Shown: positions 10,638-20,078 of the stretch, piece after piece
Position numbering within the stretch: the first letter of the stretch is position 1
Layout: every line of letters begins with the position of its first letter
Assembly (NCBI GenBank): GCA_964022095.1
Contig: CAXHZO010000002.1
Coordinates: forward strand, 1-64,000
Length of the DNA stretch: 64,000 bases
Direction of reading: 5' to 3'
Source of the DNA: an uncultured Arcobacteraceae bacterium
GTDB lineage: Bacteria > Campylobacterota > Campylobacteria > Campylobacterales > Arcobacteraceae
Translations under genes and position numbers: made by a program
Notes under the pieces: generated by a model
The model's input: the letters and a program-made list of their open reading frames with translations, nothing else
The model's database searches: none
Told to the model about the DNA's origin: nothing

Positions 10638-11704
10638 GTAACAAACCAAAAATACATAAGTATAAAACTCAAAAAGGCTTAGTGAAAAAATTAAGAAGTG
10701 ATTTCTCAGGTATAGATTTTATACTACTTTTTGCATATAACGGTACAGGTAAGACACGACTATCAATGGAGTTTAAAGAAATAGGGAAAAGAAAAACAGG
10801 GCAAGATAGAGATACTCTCTATTTTAATGCCTTTACCGAAGACCTTTTTTCATGGTATAACGACTTTGATGGTGACAATGAACGATACATTAAGATAAAT
10901 TCAGATTCTCAATTTTTCTTAGGATTTAAAGAATTGGCTTTAGAGGATAAAATATTTTCCTATTTAGAGCGATATGCTGATTTTGATTTTAAAATAGACT
11001 ATGATACTTGGAAAGTGGTATTTTCTCGTGGAGATAGTGAGCATATTAAAGTATCTCGCGGAGAGGAAAATATGTTTATATGGTGTGTGTTTCTTGCTGT
11101 AGTACAGTTGGCAATAGATGAGAATGAATCATATAACTGGATAAAGTTTTTATATATAGATGACCCTATCTCTTCACTTGATGATAATAATGCCATAGCA
11201 GTAGCAAGTGATTTAGCAAATCTACTTAAAAATAGTAACGACAAGTTTAAAACTGTTATATCCTCACATCATAGTCTATTTTTTAATGTAATGTGTAATG
11301 AGTTAAAAACATTTACCCATAAAAAATATTTTTTACATAAAAAAGATGATACAAATGAATATACACTAAGAGCTACAGATGATACACCTTTTTTTCATCA
11401 TGTAGCGATGATAGATGCTTTAAAAAAAGCAGAAGAATCTGGTAAATTATATGCTTACCATTTTAATATGCTTAGAAATGTATTGGAAAAAACATCTACA
11501 TTTTTTGGATTTAAAGATTTTTCCGATTGTATAAAGGGAATTGAAGATGAAGCATTATATTCAAGAGCGTTAAACTTACTAAGCCATGGTAAATATTCTA
11601 TTTATGAGCCAAAAGAGATGGTAGAAGATAATAAAAAATTATTCAAAAAAATTTTAGAGGCATTTTTAGATAAATATAAATTTGATTTGCCAGAGTTACA
11701 TTAA
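10634..11704 (+). CDS. prrC: PrrC-type anticodon nuclease (ABC ATPase + HEPN)
   Basis: Walker A AYNGTGKT, PrrC box YFNAFTEDLFSWYND, signature VSRGEE, Walker B YIDDPISSLD, H-loop SSHH, LRNVLEK and RALNLLSH; embedded in an hsd operon. Confidence 0.88.
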   Translation: MSNKPKIHKYKTQKGLVKKLRSDFSGIDFILLFAYNGTGKTRLSMEFKEIGKRKTGQDRDTLYFNAFTEDLFSWYNDFDGDNERYIKINSDSQFFLGFKELALEDKIFSYLERYADFDFKIDYDTWKVVFSRGDSEHIKVSRGEENMFIWCVFLAVVQLAIDENESYNWIKFLYIDDPISSLDDNNAIAVASDLANLLKNSNDKFKTVISSHHSLFFNVMCNELKTFTHKKYFLHKKDDTNEYTLRATDDTPFFHHVAMIDALKKAEESGKLYAYHFNMLRNVLEKTSTFFGFKDFSDCIKGIEDEALYSRALNLLSHGKYSIYEPKEMVEDNKKLFKKILEAFLDKYKFDLPELH

Positions 11705-11719
11705 AAAGAGAGATGAAAA

Positions 11720-13402
11720 ATGAGTAATGAAGATCAAAATAAACTAGGTAAAACCCTTTGGGATATTGCAGATGAACTGCGTGGAGCTATGAATGCGGAT
11801 GATTTCCGTGATTATATGCTTTCATTTTTGTTTTTAAAGTATTTATCAAGTAATTATGAAACAGCTATAAAAAAAGAGCTAGGAAAAGACTATAAAGAAG
11901 ATACTCCTTTAACAATAGAAGAGATAGAAGTACCAAAGAAGAATGCAAAAGATTCTAAAGATACAGAGATAAAATTTAAAGTGATAACTCCTTTACAATT
12001 TTGGTATGATAAAAATCAAGGTGATATAAAAGAGATAGAAAAAATAATGCGTCGTAAGATTCACTATGTGATACAGCCCAAGTATCTATGGGGTGCGATA
12101 GTTGAAAGAGCTAGGATACAAAATAAAGACTTATTAAGTACCCTTAGTGAAGCATTTACACATATCGAAGATGACTCCTTTGAAAATAGTTTTAAAGGAC
12201 TATTTTCAGAGATAAATCTAAACTCTGAAAAACTAGGTAAAACATACGAAGATAAAAATGCAAAAATTTGTAAAATTATTACAAAGATAAATGAAGGTAT
12301 TTCGCAGTTTTCTACAAGTGTTGATAATCTTGGAAATGCTTATGAGTATTTAATCGGACAATTTGCCGCAGGTGGTGGTAAAAAAGCGGGAGAGTTTTAT
12401 ACGCCACAAGAGATTTCATCTATACTTTCAAAAATAGTTATCCTTGATTGTCAAGATCCAACTATGGGAGCAAAAAATAAACTAGATAAAGTATTTGATC
12501 TTACTTGTGGTTCAGGGTCTTTACTTTTAAATGTAAAAAACCAGTTAGGAAAAGATGGTGTTATAGGTAAAATCTACGGTCAAGAAAAAAACATAACAAC
12601 TTACAACCTTGCACGGATGAATATGCTACTTCATGGTGTAAAAGATAGTGAGTTTGAAATACACCACGGTGATACCCTTAGCAATGATTGGGATATGTTA
12701 AATGAAGAAAACCCATCAAAAAAAGTAGTGTTTGATGCAATAGTAGCTAATCCTCCTTTTTCCCTGCGTTGGACACCAAGCGATACTATGGCACAAGATT
12801 TCCGTTTCAAAGGGTATGGACTAGCTCCTAAGTCTGCGGCTGATTTTGCTTTTCTTTTACATGGATTTCACTTCTTATCAAAAGAGGGAACGATGGCTAT
12901 TATCTTACCTCATGGTGTATTGTTTCGTGGTGGAGCAGAAGCAAATATAAGAACAAAACTATTAAAAGATAATAACATAGATACAGTTATAGGATTACCA
13001 TCTAATCTATTTTTCTCAACAGGTATTCCAGTATGTATCATAGTACTTAAAAAGTGTAAAAAACATGATGATATACTTTTTATCAATGCAAGTGGAGAAG
13101 ATAGCTTTGAGAAGAAAAAAAGACAAAATTCACTAAGAGTTAGAGATATAGATAAGATAGTCTCAACTTATCAATACAGAAAAGAAGAAGATAGATATTC
13201 AAGACGAGTATCTATGGATGAGATAGAGACAAATGACTATAATCTAAATATCTCAAGATATATCACAACAGCTAAACCTGAAAAGCCTGTAAAATTGGAT
13301 GAGGTAAATAAAGAGCTTGTAGGTTTAGAAAAAGATATAGTTAACTATACTAAAGAGCATAATAAATTTTTAGAAGAGTTGGGATTATCAATTTTACCTT
13401 AG
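11720..13402 (+). CDS. hsdM: Type I R-M methyltransferase subunit
   Basis: LWDIADELRG, GEFYTP, DLTCGSGSLL, NPPF, LPHGVLFRG. Confidence 0.97.
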   Translation: MSNEDQNKLGKTLWDIADELRGAMNADDFRDYMLSFLFLKYLSSNYETAIKKELGKDYKEDTPLTIEEIEVPKKNAKDSKDTEIKFKVITPLQFWYDKNQGDIKEIEKIMRRKIHYVIQPKYLWGAIVERARIQNKDLLSTLSEAFTHIEDDSFENSFKGLFSEINLNSEKLGKTYEDKNAKICKIITKINEGISQFSTSVDNLGNAYEYLIGQFAAGGGKKAGEFYTPQEISSILSKIVILDCQDPTMGAKNKLDKVFDLTCGSGSLLLNVKNQLGKDGVIGKIYGQEKNITTYNLARMNMLLHGVKDSEFEIHHGDTLSNDWDMLNEENPSKKVVFDAIVANPPFSLRWTPSDTMAQDFRFKGYGLAPKSAADFAFLLHGFHFLSKEGTMAIILPHGVLFRGGAEANIRTKLLKDNNIDTVIGLPSNLFFSTGIPVCIIVLKKCKKHDDILFINASGEDSFEKKKRQNSLRVRDIDKIVSTYQYRKEEDRYSRRVSMDEIETNDYNLNISRYITTAKPEKPVKLDEVNKELVGLEKDIVNYTKEHNKFLEELGLSILP

Positions 13403-13674
13403 TAAAAAAAGCAATAGAATTAAAATATATAGATAAGCCAGAAGCAGATATAAATACAAAATATATTAAAGATTCAGCAAAGCTGATAAAAGAGTTAAAG
13501 GGGACAACTGCTGTAATAGTTTATGGTCCATTATTAATCATTAATATTTATGAAAATAAAGAGAATAAAATCTTTACTATAATGATGAATAAGTCTCAAC
13601 AGGAACTATTAAGTTCTCAACCTAGTTTACAAAATAGTCCTCATGAACTTATAGATATTATTAATAAGCAATAA
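13402..13674 (+). pseudogene. 5'-truncated gene remnant (90 sense codons, no standard start at the 5' end)
   Basis: Open frame VKKAIELKYIDKPEADINTK...PHELIDIINKQ* abutting the hsdM stop; nearest upstream in-frame stop at 13363. Confidence 0.6.
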
Positions 13675-13719
13675 GTATTATTAGAAATTGAAGATTATAA
13701 TGTTGAGTAATACTCATTA

Positions 13720-13748
13720 TTGACAATTAGGCGATATTCGCCTATAAT
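13720..13748 (+). promoter_or_regulatory. Consensus sigma70 promoter with embedded palindromic operator
   Basis: TTGACA (13720-13725), 17-bp spacer, TATAAT (13743-13748); TAGGCGA-tat-TCGCCTA at 13728-13744. Confidence 0.85.
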
Positions 13749-13771
13749 ATATAAAAACAAAAGATACAACT

Positions 13772-14221
13772 ATGACACAACAACAAATTAGTAAACTATT
13801 AGATGTACCAGATAGAACACTTAGAGATTGGAAAAAGAGTAGACAAAGATTATATAACTTATTAGAGTCATTAGAGTACGATGAAGCAAAAAAAAAGATA
13901 AATGCTGTAGATGTAGATGATGTAATAGTATTTGATCCCAGAGCTTACTCTCATAATCTTTTTTGGCAAACGAATAAACAAAGTGAACAAAAGGTGTACT
14001 CTATTATCTCAAACTATCTATCAACCATGAATGAAGATGATATAAAAACTCTATGTAAACAGTTTGGTAAAAATATGGTTAAAAGTGTACTTATAAGTAA
14101 ATATAAAAATATGTATGTAAAAGGTTATATATCTACAAATGGAATGGATATACCATTAGAGGGTACTTATAATCAAAATGAGATGTATAAACAACTACTA
14201 GGAATGATCAATGACTGTTAG
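13772..14221 (+). CDS. HTH-containing putative antitoxin/regulator
   Basis: N-terminal HTH (QQQISKLLDVPDRTLRDWK); overlaps the AbiEii-type gene. Confidence 0.7.
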   Translation: MTQQQISKLLDVPDRTLRDWKKSRQRLYNLLESLEYDEAKKKINAVDVDDVIVFDPRAYSHNLFWQTNKQSEQKVYSIISNYLSTMNEDDIKTLCKQFGKNMVKSVLISKYKNMYVKGYISTNGMDIPLEGTYNQNEMYKQLLGMINDC

Positions 14222-14885
14222 TGTAAAACAAGCTCTTGACAAAATTTGTAATGATAATATATTTAACGATGAGCTGTACTTCACTGGAGGTACAGCTTTG
14301 GCTTTTTATCTTAATCATAGAGTATCAGAAGATATTGATATAGTATCTTCAAAAGCTTTACCATATAGAAAAATTATTCCTTCTATCACAACAGTTGGAG
14401 GTACAAAACTAAAAGATGAAAATGTAACTGCTTTAAGAATGGCAGGATTGTTTCCCGATGAGTATATGATGAAATTTGTACTTGATGATGTAAAGCTAGA
14501 GTTCTTCCAAGCTAATAGACCTATTCAAAAAGAGATACTATCAAGTGCTACATTTACGAATTATGAAAACTCCAATTTAAAAATACTTGATGTTAAATCT
14601 GTAGCCAAGTTAAAAATAGTAGCATTGATCATGAGAGATAAGTCAAGAGATTTATTTGATTTTGGAAGTATCTTAGATCATAAGGTACTAAGTAACGAAG
14701 AGATAGTTGATTTATTTTCTAAAATGAAAAGTGAAATTAATAATGTAAAAGATATTGTTGATTTTATTAATTCAAAAAAAGAACCTACAGATGATGAAGC
14801 TGTTTATCTTAGTGAGAGTGATAGAATTGATTTAAGTTTTGAGGAGATAAAAGAACAAGTTGCCCTTTTTCTAAATTTATTGTAA
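14211..14885 (+). CDS. Nucleotidyltransferase, AbiEii/AbiGii toxin family
   Basis: FTGGTALAFYLNHRVSEDID and K...R.KSRDLFD motifs. Confidence 0.9.
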   Translation: MTVSVKQALDKICNDNIFNDELYFTGGTALAFYLNHRVSEDIDIVSSKALPYRKIIPSITTVGGTKLKDENVTALRMAGLFPDEYMMKFVLDDVKLEFFQANRPIQKEILSSATFTNYENSNLKILDVKSVAKLKIVALIMRDKSRDLFDFGSILDHKVLSNEEIVDLFSKMKSEINNVKDIVDFINSKKEPTDDEAVYLSESDRIDLSFEEIKEQVALFLNLL

Positions 14886-14931
14886 AAAGTACACCTTTTA
14901 AAATTATGTCTTAATTAAAGTACTTCCTTTC

Positions 14932-14958
14932 CTGTATAGAATCGGACAAGAGAAAATA
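14932..14958 (+). repeat. Right copy of duplicated TIGR02757 3' end (att-like junction)
   Basis: ctgtatagaatcggacaagagaaaata encodes LYRIGQEKI in intergenic DNA. Confidence 0.8.
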
Positions 14959-15027
14959 AATAAAATATTTAACTTTCAAAACATATAAGTTTTGATATTA
15001 TAATTCAAAATATTGTAGGAGAGCTAT

Positions 15028-15336
15028 ATGCCTAAACTTATCAAAATCAAACTAGAAGAAATATATGAAGTTCCAGATAATTGGGAAATTGTAGAAAATG
15101 AAGAAGGAATAAAAAAAATCAAAGTTGGAGAGAATGAATTCTATGATTTTGGAACGATGCCTTATTTATCTCCTTCATTACAAGCAGATGAAGAGATGAT
15201 GTTAACACCAGAAGAGTATCTAGAGTTACAAAATAAAGGTTTAGATTTATGTATTGCAGATTGTCAAATCACAAAAATTGAAGATGAAAGTGAAATCAAA
15301 AAAATCAAAGAACAACTTGATTTAGATGAAGATTAA
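15028..15336 (+). CDS. Small acidic hypothetical protein
   Basis: AGGAG RBS; 102-aa Glu/Asp-rich ORF. Confidence 0.75.
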   Translation: MPKLIKIKLEEIYEVPDNWEIVENEEGIKKIKVGENEFYDFGTMPYLSPSLQADEEMMLTPEEYLELQNKGLDLCIADCQITKIEDESEIKKIKEQLDLDED

Positions 15337-15348
15337 TAAATAATATAA

Positions 15349-15375
15349 GGTATGGAAATTTTAAATTTCCATACC
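15349..15375. terminator. Hairpin between convergent genes
   Basis: ggtatggaaatt-tta-aatttccatacc, perfect 12-bp stem. Confidence 0.65.
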
Positions 15376-16482
15376 ATTTTCTAGAAGTATTTTATTTCTT
15401 CCAGACTCTTTTGCTTCATATAAAAGCACATCAGCTTTTTGTAAAGTGTTCTCATAGCTATCATAACTATTTCTAATTGCAACACCAGCTGAGAATGTCA
15501 CTTTGATTTTTTGATTATTATAAACAAAGCTATTATCAGAGATAATCATTTTTATTCTTTTTAAATATTGAAGTAATTCTCTATTTAGTTTGAAGTGTAT
15601 TATTGAAACAAACTCTTCTCCACCGTATCTACAAACTACATCATGATCTCTTGTGTATTTTGCTAATACTTTTGCAAATGTTGAAAGAACAACATCTCCA
15701 CACTCATGACCATAAGTGTCATTTAGTGTTTTAAAGTGGTCTAAGTCAAAGAATACAACTGCATATTGAGTGTTATTTCTCATATATGAGCTTTCAATTT
15801 TTTTAAGCTCTTCTGTATAAGCTCTTCTTGTAAGAAGACCAGTTAAGTGATCTCTCATACTCTCATCTTTTGTTCTACTTAACTCTGCTTCTAAAGATTT
15901 TACTTTCTCTTCTAGCTCTTGAACTTTTGATTTCCCTGATTGTAATTTATCAGTTACATTATTCATTTCACTTTCGATAGAGCTTGCCGCATTGATAAGT
16001 TCTGTTTGAATTTTTGATAATGCATCTAATCCATCATCATTTATATCTATTGATTGAATTCTTTCTTTTATAGTTAGTACATTTTTTGAACCTGAACCAT
16101 TGCTTGTAATAGCTTCATTTAAATATTGTCCCATTAAAACAACAAATTTAGAAATATCTGAAGTTCTCTTTTTTACAACATTTTTATCTTTTTCAAATCT
16201 TTTAGTTATGAAGTTTTCTATTTGTTCTTGAACTTCTCTTTTAAATAAAATAGTAGAATCTTTTTCTATTTTTTCAAATAAAGCATCAACTTCACTATCA
16301 TCTTTATCACATATTGAAGGTAAAACTGAGTGTTTTAATAGGCTTGCAAGAGTGTCAACATTTTCAGTAGATACTCTTTTTAATAACAAAGGAACTACCT
16401 CTTCAAGAGTAGAGATATTGTTTTTTTCTACATCTGTCTTTTCTAAATCACTTAATTGAGTAATTAACGTTTCAAATTGCAT
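15361..16482 (-). CDS. Diguanylate cyclase (GGDEF)
   Basis: DHLTGL, DLDHFK, GGEEF, RxxD I-site (RDHD), preceding coiled coil. Confidence 0.93.
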   Translation of the reverse strand: MQFETLITQLSDLEKTDVEKNNISTLEEVVPLLLKRVSTENVDTLASLLKHSVLPSICDKDDSEVDALFEKIEKDSTILFKREVQEQIENFITKRFEKDKNVVKKRTSDISKFVVLMGQYLNEAITSNGSGSKNVLTIKERIQSIDINDDGLDALSKIQTELINAASSIESEMNNVTDKLQSGKSKVQELEEKVKSLEAELSRTKDESMRDHLTGLLTRRAYTEELKKIESSYMRNNTQYAVVFFDLDHFKTLNDTYGHECGDVVLSTFAKVLAKYTRDHDVVCRYGGEEFVSIIHFKLNRELLQYLKRIKMIISDNSFVYNNQKIKVTFSAGVAIRNSYDSYENTLQKADVLLYEAKESGRNKILLENGMEI

Positions 16483-16485
16483 TTT

Positions 16486-16929
16486 TTATCCTAATAATTT
16501 TTTTACCATCTCATTAATTCTTTTTCCATCAGCAACACCAGCAAACTTTTTAGTTGCACTACCCATAACTTTACCCATGTCTTTCATTGTTGTAGCTTCA
16601 ACTTGTTCGATAATCTCTTTCATACCAGTTTCAAGTTCTTCATCACTTAACTGTTTTGGTAAATACTCTTTAAAGATATCAGCTTGCTCTTGCTCTTTTG
16701 CTACAAGATCATCTCTTTTTGCTTCTGTATATTGAGATATTGCTTCTTCTCTTTGTTTGATACCTTTTTGAATAAGTTTAATTACATCTTCATCAGTTAA
16801 TTCTTTTCTCTCATCAACTTCAATTTGTTTTATTAATGTATTTATAGATCTAATTGAATCTCTTTTTACAATATTCTTTTCTCTCATTGCAGTTTTTAAA
16901 TCATCTTTTAACTGTTGTTTTAAACTCAT
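16486..16929 (-). CDS. GatB/YqeY domain protein
   Basis: LKDDLKTAMR, YLPKQLS, KDMGKVMG, ADGK. Confidence 0.93.
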   Translation of the reverse strand: MSLKQQLKDDLKTAMREKNIVKRDSIRSINTLIKQIEVDERKELTDEDVIKLIQKGIKQREEAISQYTEAKRDDLVAKEQEQADIFKEYLPKQLSDEELETGMKEIIEQVEATTMKDMGKVMGSATKKFAGVADGKRINEMVKKLLG

Positions 16930-16970
16930 TTATTATTATCCTTATTAAAATATTTTATTATTATATCTTT

Positions 16971-18929
16971 TTAGCTTTTAAAACTTTCTATTAATTCCTC
17001 AAGTTCTAAAAATCTTTCAACTTTTTCTTCATAGATTACTTCTGTTTCTTCAAGTTCTTTTGAAACTGCAACTATTCCCTTCTCTTCATAACACTTTGGA
17101 TCCATCAAGCAGTTATTTATTTGCTCAATTTGTTCTTCAAGCTTTTCAATTTCTTCAGGAAGTGTATCGTAATCCCTTTGATCTTTATACGATAATTTTG
17201 TTTGTTTTTTACTCTTTTGTGTCTCTTTTTTTGAAGAAGAATTGTTATTTGAAAAGTTTAGCTCTTTTTCTAAAGTAGAAAGTTCCAATATTTCTTTTTC
17301 AATCTCTAAATATTCAGTATAAGGTTGAAAGCTCTCTTCAACTAAACCATTTCCTTTAAATACAAATAGTTTCTTTGCAATCTTATCAACAAAATATCTA
17401 TCGTGAGATACAAATATTAAAGCACCTTGAAAATTCATTAAGTACTCTTCTAAAATATTAATCGTTGGAATATCTAAATCATTTGTAGGCTCATCAAGTA
17501 TTAAACAATCAACTTTTTTTGTAAATAAAAGAGCTAGTGCAACTCTATTTTTTTCTCCACCACTTAGCACTCCAATTTTTTTATCTAAGTACTCTTTAGG
17601 AAATAAAAAGTTTTTTAAATACCCATAAACATGTAAATTTCTTCCATCATCTAAAACAACTCTATCTCCACCATTTGGACAAAAAGTTTCTATCAAAGTT
17701 CTGTTGTCATCTAACATCTCTCTTTGTTGATCAAAGTATCCTATATCAAAATCACCTTTTTTGAATCTTCCTGAATCTATTTCCATTTTTTCCATGAAAA
17801 TTTTAAGTAGAGTTGATTTTCCACTTCCATTTGGCCCAACTATTGCTATTGTGTCTTTTTGTAATATTCTGCTTGTAAAATCTTTTATTAGAAGCTTATC
17901 CCCTAGTGATTTTGTAACATCATCTAATTCATAAAGCATTTTCTTTCTATTTTGTTGTTTCTCTTCGCTATTAAAAGATTTTTGCTCTCTTTGTAGTTCT
18001 ACTGACATTTTTTTAATTGCTGCTGGATTTGACTTAACTTTTTTCTTTAGATCTAAATACTCTGATTTTCTTCTTTCATTTCTTTTTCTTCTAGCCGTAA
18101 CTCCTCTTTGCATCCAGTGAGCTTCTCTTTTAACCAATCTAATCAGATTGTCATGATCTTTTTGCATATTTTCTAAAAGCTGTTGTTTTTGCTCTAAGTA
18201 TGAAGAATATCCACCATTGAATTTTCTTAAAACACCACCATCTACTTCAACAACGCTATTTGCAATATTATCGATAAAATATCTATCATGAGATATAAAA
18301 AGTAAAGTAAAGTTGTTTTTTAAAAGCATTTGTTCTAAGAACTCAACCATATAAACATCCAAGTGATTTGTAGGCTCATCTAACAATAAAACATCAGGCT
18401 TTTTTAGAAGTAACCCCGCTAAACTAACTCTTCTTTGCTCTCCACCACTAAGTAAGTTTACATCTTTATTTTCATACTGCTTTAATTTGAATTCAATTAA
18501 AACTCTTTCTATTGTATTATCTAAATCCCAAGCATTGTGAAAGTCAATAAAAGTTGCTAATTCACTTTGTTTATTTAATAACTCTTTATTTTCATAATCT
18601 TCTGCAAGTTTAGTTGTTAAATCTTCATATTGAGTTTTTGCAGCTTTTAGTTCAGTTAATTGTGCTTCAATAGCTTGTCTAACTGTTAAATTTGAAGCAA
18701 ATTTTGGTTGTTGGTCTAGCATTTCAATTTTTACAGATTTATCAATTGACATTTCTCCATAATCAGGCTCAACTGTTCCCATAATTACTTTAAATAAAGT
18801 TGATTTACCTTGGCCATTTTGTCCAATAACTGCAATTCTTTGACCCTGTGTTAAAGTAAAGTTTGCATCTTTTAAAATTACTTTTGTGTCATATTGTTTA
18901 GAGATGTTTTGTAAGTCTACTAGTGCCAT
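16971..18929 (-). CDS. ABC-F family ATPase (Uup-like)
   Basis: Two ABC cassettes (GQNGQGKST/LSGGE/DEPTN; GPNGSGKST/LSGGE/DEPTN), no TM, KLSYK C-terminal coil. Confidence 0.92.
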   Translation of the reverse strand: MALVDLQNISKQYDTKVILKDANFTLTQGQRIAVIGQNGQGKSTLFKVIMGTVEPDYGEMSIDKSVKIEMLDQQPKFASNLTVRQAIEAQLTELKAAKTQYEDLTTKLAEDYENKELLNKQSELATFIDFHNAWDLDNTIERVLIEFKLKQYENKDVNLLSGGEQRRVSLAGLLLKKPDVLLLDEPTNHLDVYMVEFLEQMLLKNNFTLLFISHDRYFIDNIANSVVEVDGGVLRKFNGGYSSYLEQKQQLLENMQKDHDNLIRLVKREAHWMQRGVTARRKRNERRKSEYLDLKKKVKSNPAAIKKMSVELQREQKSFNSEEKQQNRKKMLYELDDVTKSLGDKLLIKDFTSRILQKDTIAIVGPNGSGKSTLLKIFMEKMEIDSGRFKKGDFDIGYFDQQREMLDDNRTLIETFCPNGGDRVVLDDGRNLHVYGYLKNFLFPKEYLDKKIGVLSGGEKNRVALALLFTKKVDCLILDEPTNDLDIPTINILEEYLMNFQGALIFVSHDRYFVDKIAKKLFVFKGNGLVEESFQPYTEYLEIEKEILELSTLEKELNFSNNNSSSKKETQKSKKQTKLSYKDQRDYDTLPEEIEKLEEQIEQINNCLMDPKCYEEKGIVAVSKELEETEVIYEEKVERFLELEELIESFKS

Positions 18930-19043
18930 TAATTTTTCATATTCCTTAATGTATTTTTTGAAAGTTTAAATATTGATTTTTGTTAAATAGTTTTTTGTAT
19001 GATACCTAAAAGAGGGTTAAAAAATTTAGTTGTGAGTTTAGAG

Positions 19044-19991
19044 TTAAAAGAAGTTTTTATCTAAAACTTCAATTAACTCTTTTACTGTAGAAATTGAATC
19101 ATCAAATAATACTTTTTGATCATCTGTTAATTCTAGTTCAATGATTTTTTCAATTCCTTTACTTCCTAACATCACAGGCACTCCACCTACAACATTTTCA
19201 TAACCATATTCACCCTCTAAAAGTGTTGCACATGGATATATTTTCTTTTCATTGTTTAAAATTGATTCAACCATCAAAGAAGTTGCATGTGCTGGTGCGT
19301 AGTATGCTGAACCAGTTTCTAATAATTTTACTATTTGAAGACCACCATTTTTTGTTTTTTCAACAATATTATCAATATCTTCTTTATTAAGTAAATTTTC
19401 AATACAAATTCCAGCAACTGTAGAGTGATTTGGCAGTGGTACCATAGAATCTCCATGCCCACCCATTACTGATGATTCTATTTGTCCCGCACCATAACCT
19501 AATTTTTCTAAAATAAAGTGACTCATTCTTGCACTATCTAAAATTCCTGCCATTCCTATTACTTTTTCTTTTTTAAAGCCTGATGTTTTAAGTGCTGTGT
19601 AAACCATTGCATCTAATGGATTTGAAACTACAATTATAATTGCATTTGGGCAGTTTTGTTTTATATCTTCAATAACAGATTTCATGATTTTTGCATTTGT
19701 TAATAATAAATCATCTCTACTCATCCCTGGTTTTCTAGGAATTCCAGCTGTAATTACTACTATATCACTTCCTTTTAAATCATCAGCTGATTTTGCAGGT
19801 CTTACTATTGTGTGAGATTTTGCTGCATTTGCACTTTGTGAAATATCTAAACTCATCGCTTCAACTATATTTTCTCTTATATCTTTTAATACGATATTTG
19901 AACATACAGCTTTATTAGCTAATGAATAAGCTAAAGTTGAACCAACATTTCCCGCCCCAATAATGCAAACTTTTTTATTAATCAATCTCAT
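19044..19991 (-). CDS. mdh: Malate dehydrogenase (LDH-like)
   Basis: GAGNVG, AGIPRKPGMSRDDLL (Arg specificity residue), SNPLD, GGHGD; start may be TTG 19985. Confidence 0.93.
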   Translation of the reverse strand: MRLINKKVCIIGAGNVGSTLAYSLANKAVCSNIVLKDIRENIVEAMSLDISQSANAAKSHTIVRPAKSADDLKGSDIVVITAGIPRKPGMSRDDLLLTNAKIMKSVIEDIKQNCPNAIIIVVSNPLDAMVYTALKTSGFKKEKVIGMAGILDSARMSHFILEKLGYGAGQIESSVMGGHGDSMVPLPNHSTVAGICIENLLNKEDIDNIVEKTKNGGLQIVKLLETGSAYYAPAHATSLMVESILNNEKKIYPCATLLEGEYGYENVVGGVPVMLGSKGIEKIIELELTDDQKVLFDDSISTVKELIEVLDKNFF

Positions 19992-20078
19992 TCCTTCATG
20001 TATAGTAATAGTAATTTATTTTACGCAATGATACAGTATGATATATAAAAATATTATTATTTTAATATATCAAAAGGA

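Larger units (their letters stand above)
5945..14931. mobile_element. Defence island (type I R-M + PrrC + AbiE-like TA) without an integrase
   Basis: Defence genes and gene remnants between two copies of the TIGR02757 3' end. Confidence 0.7.
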
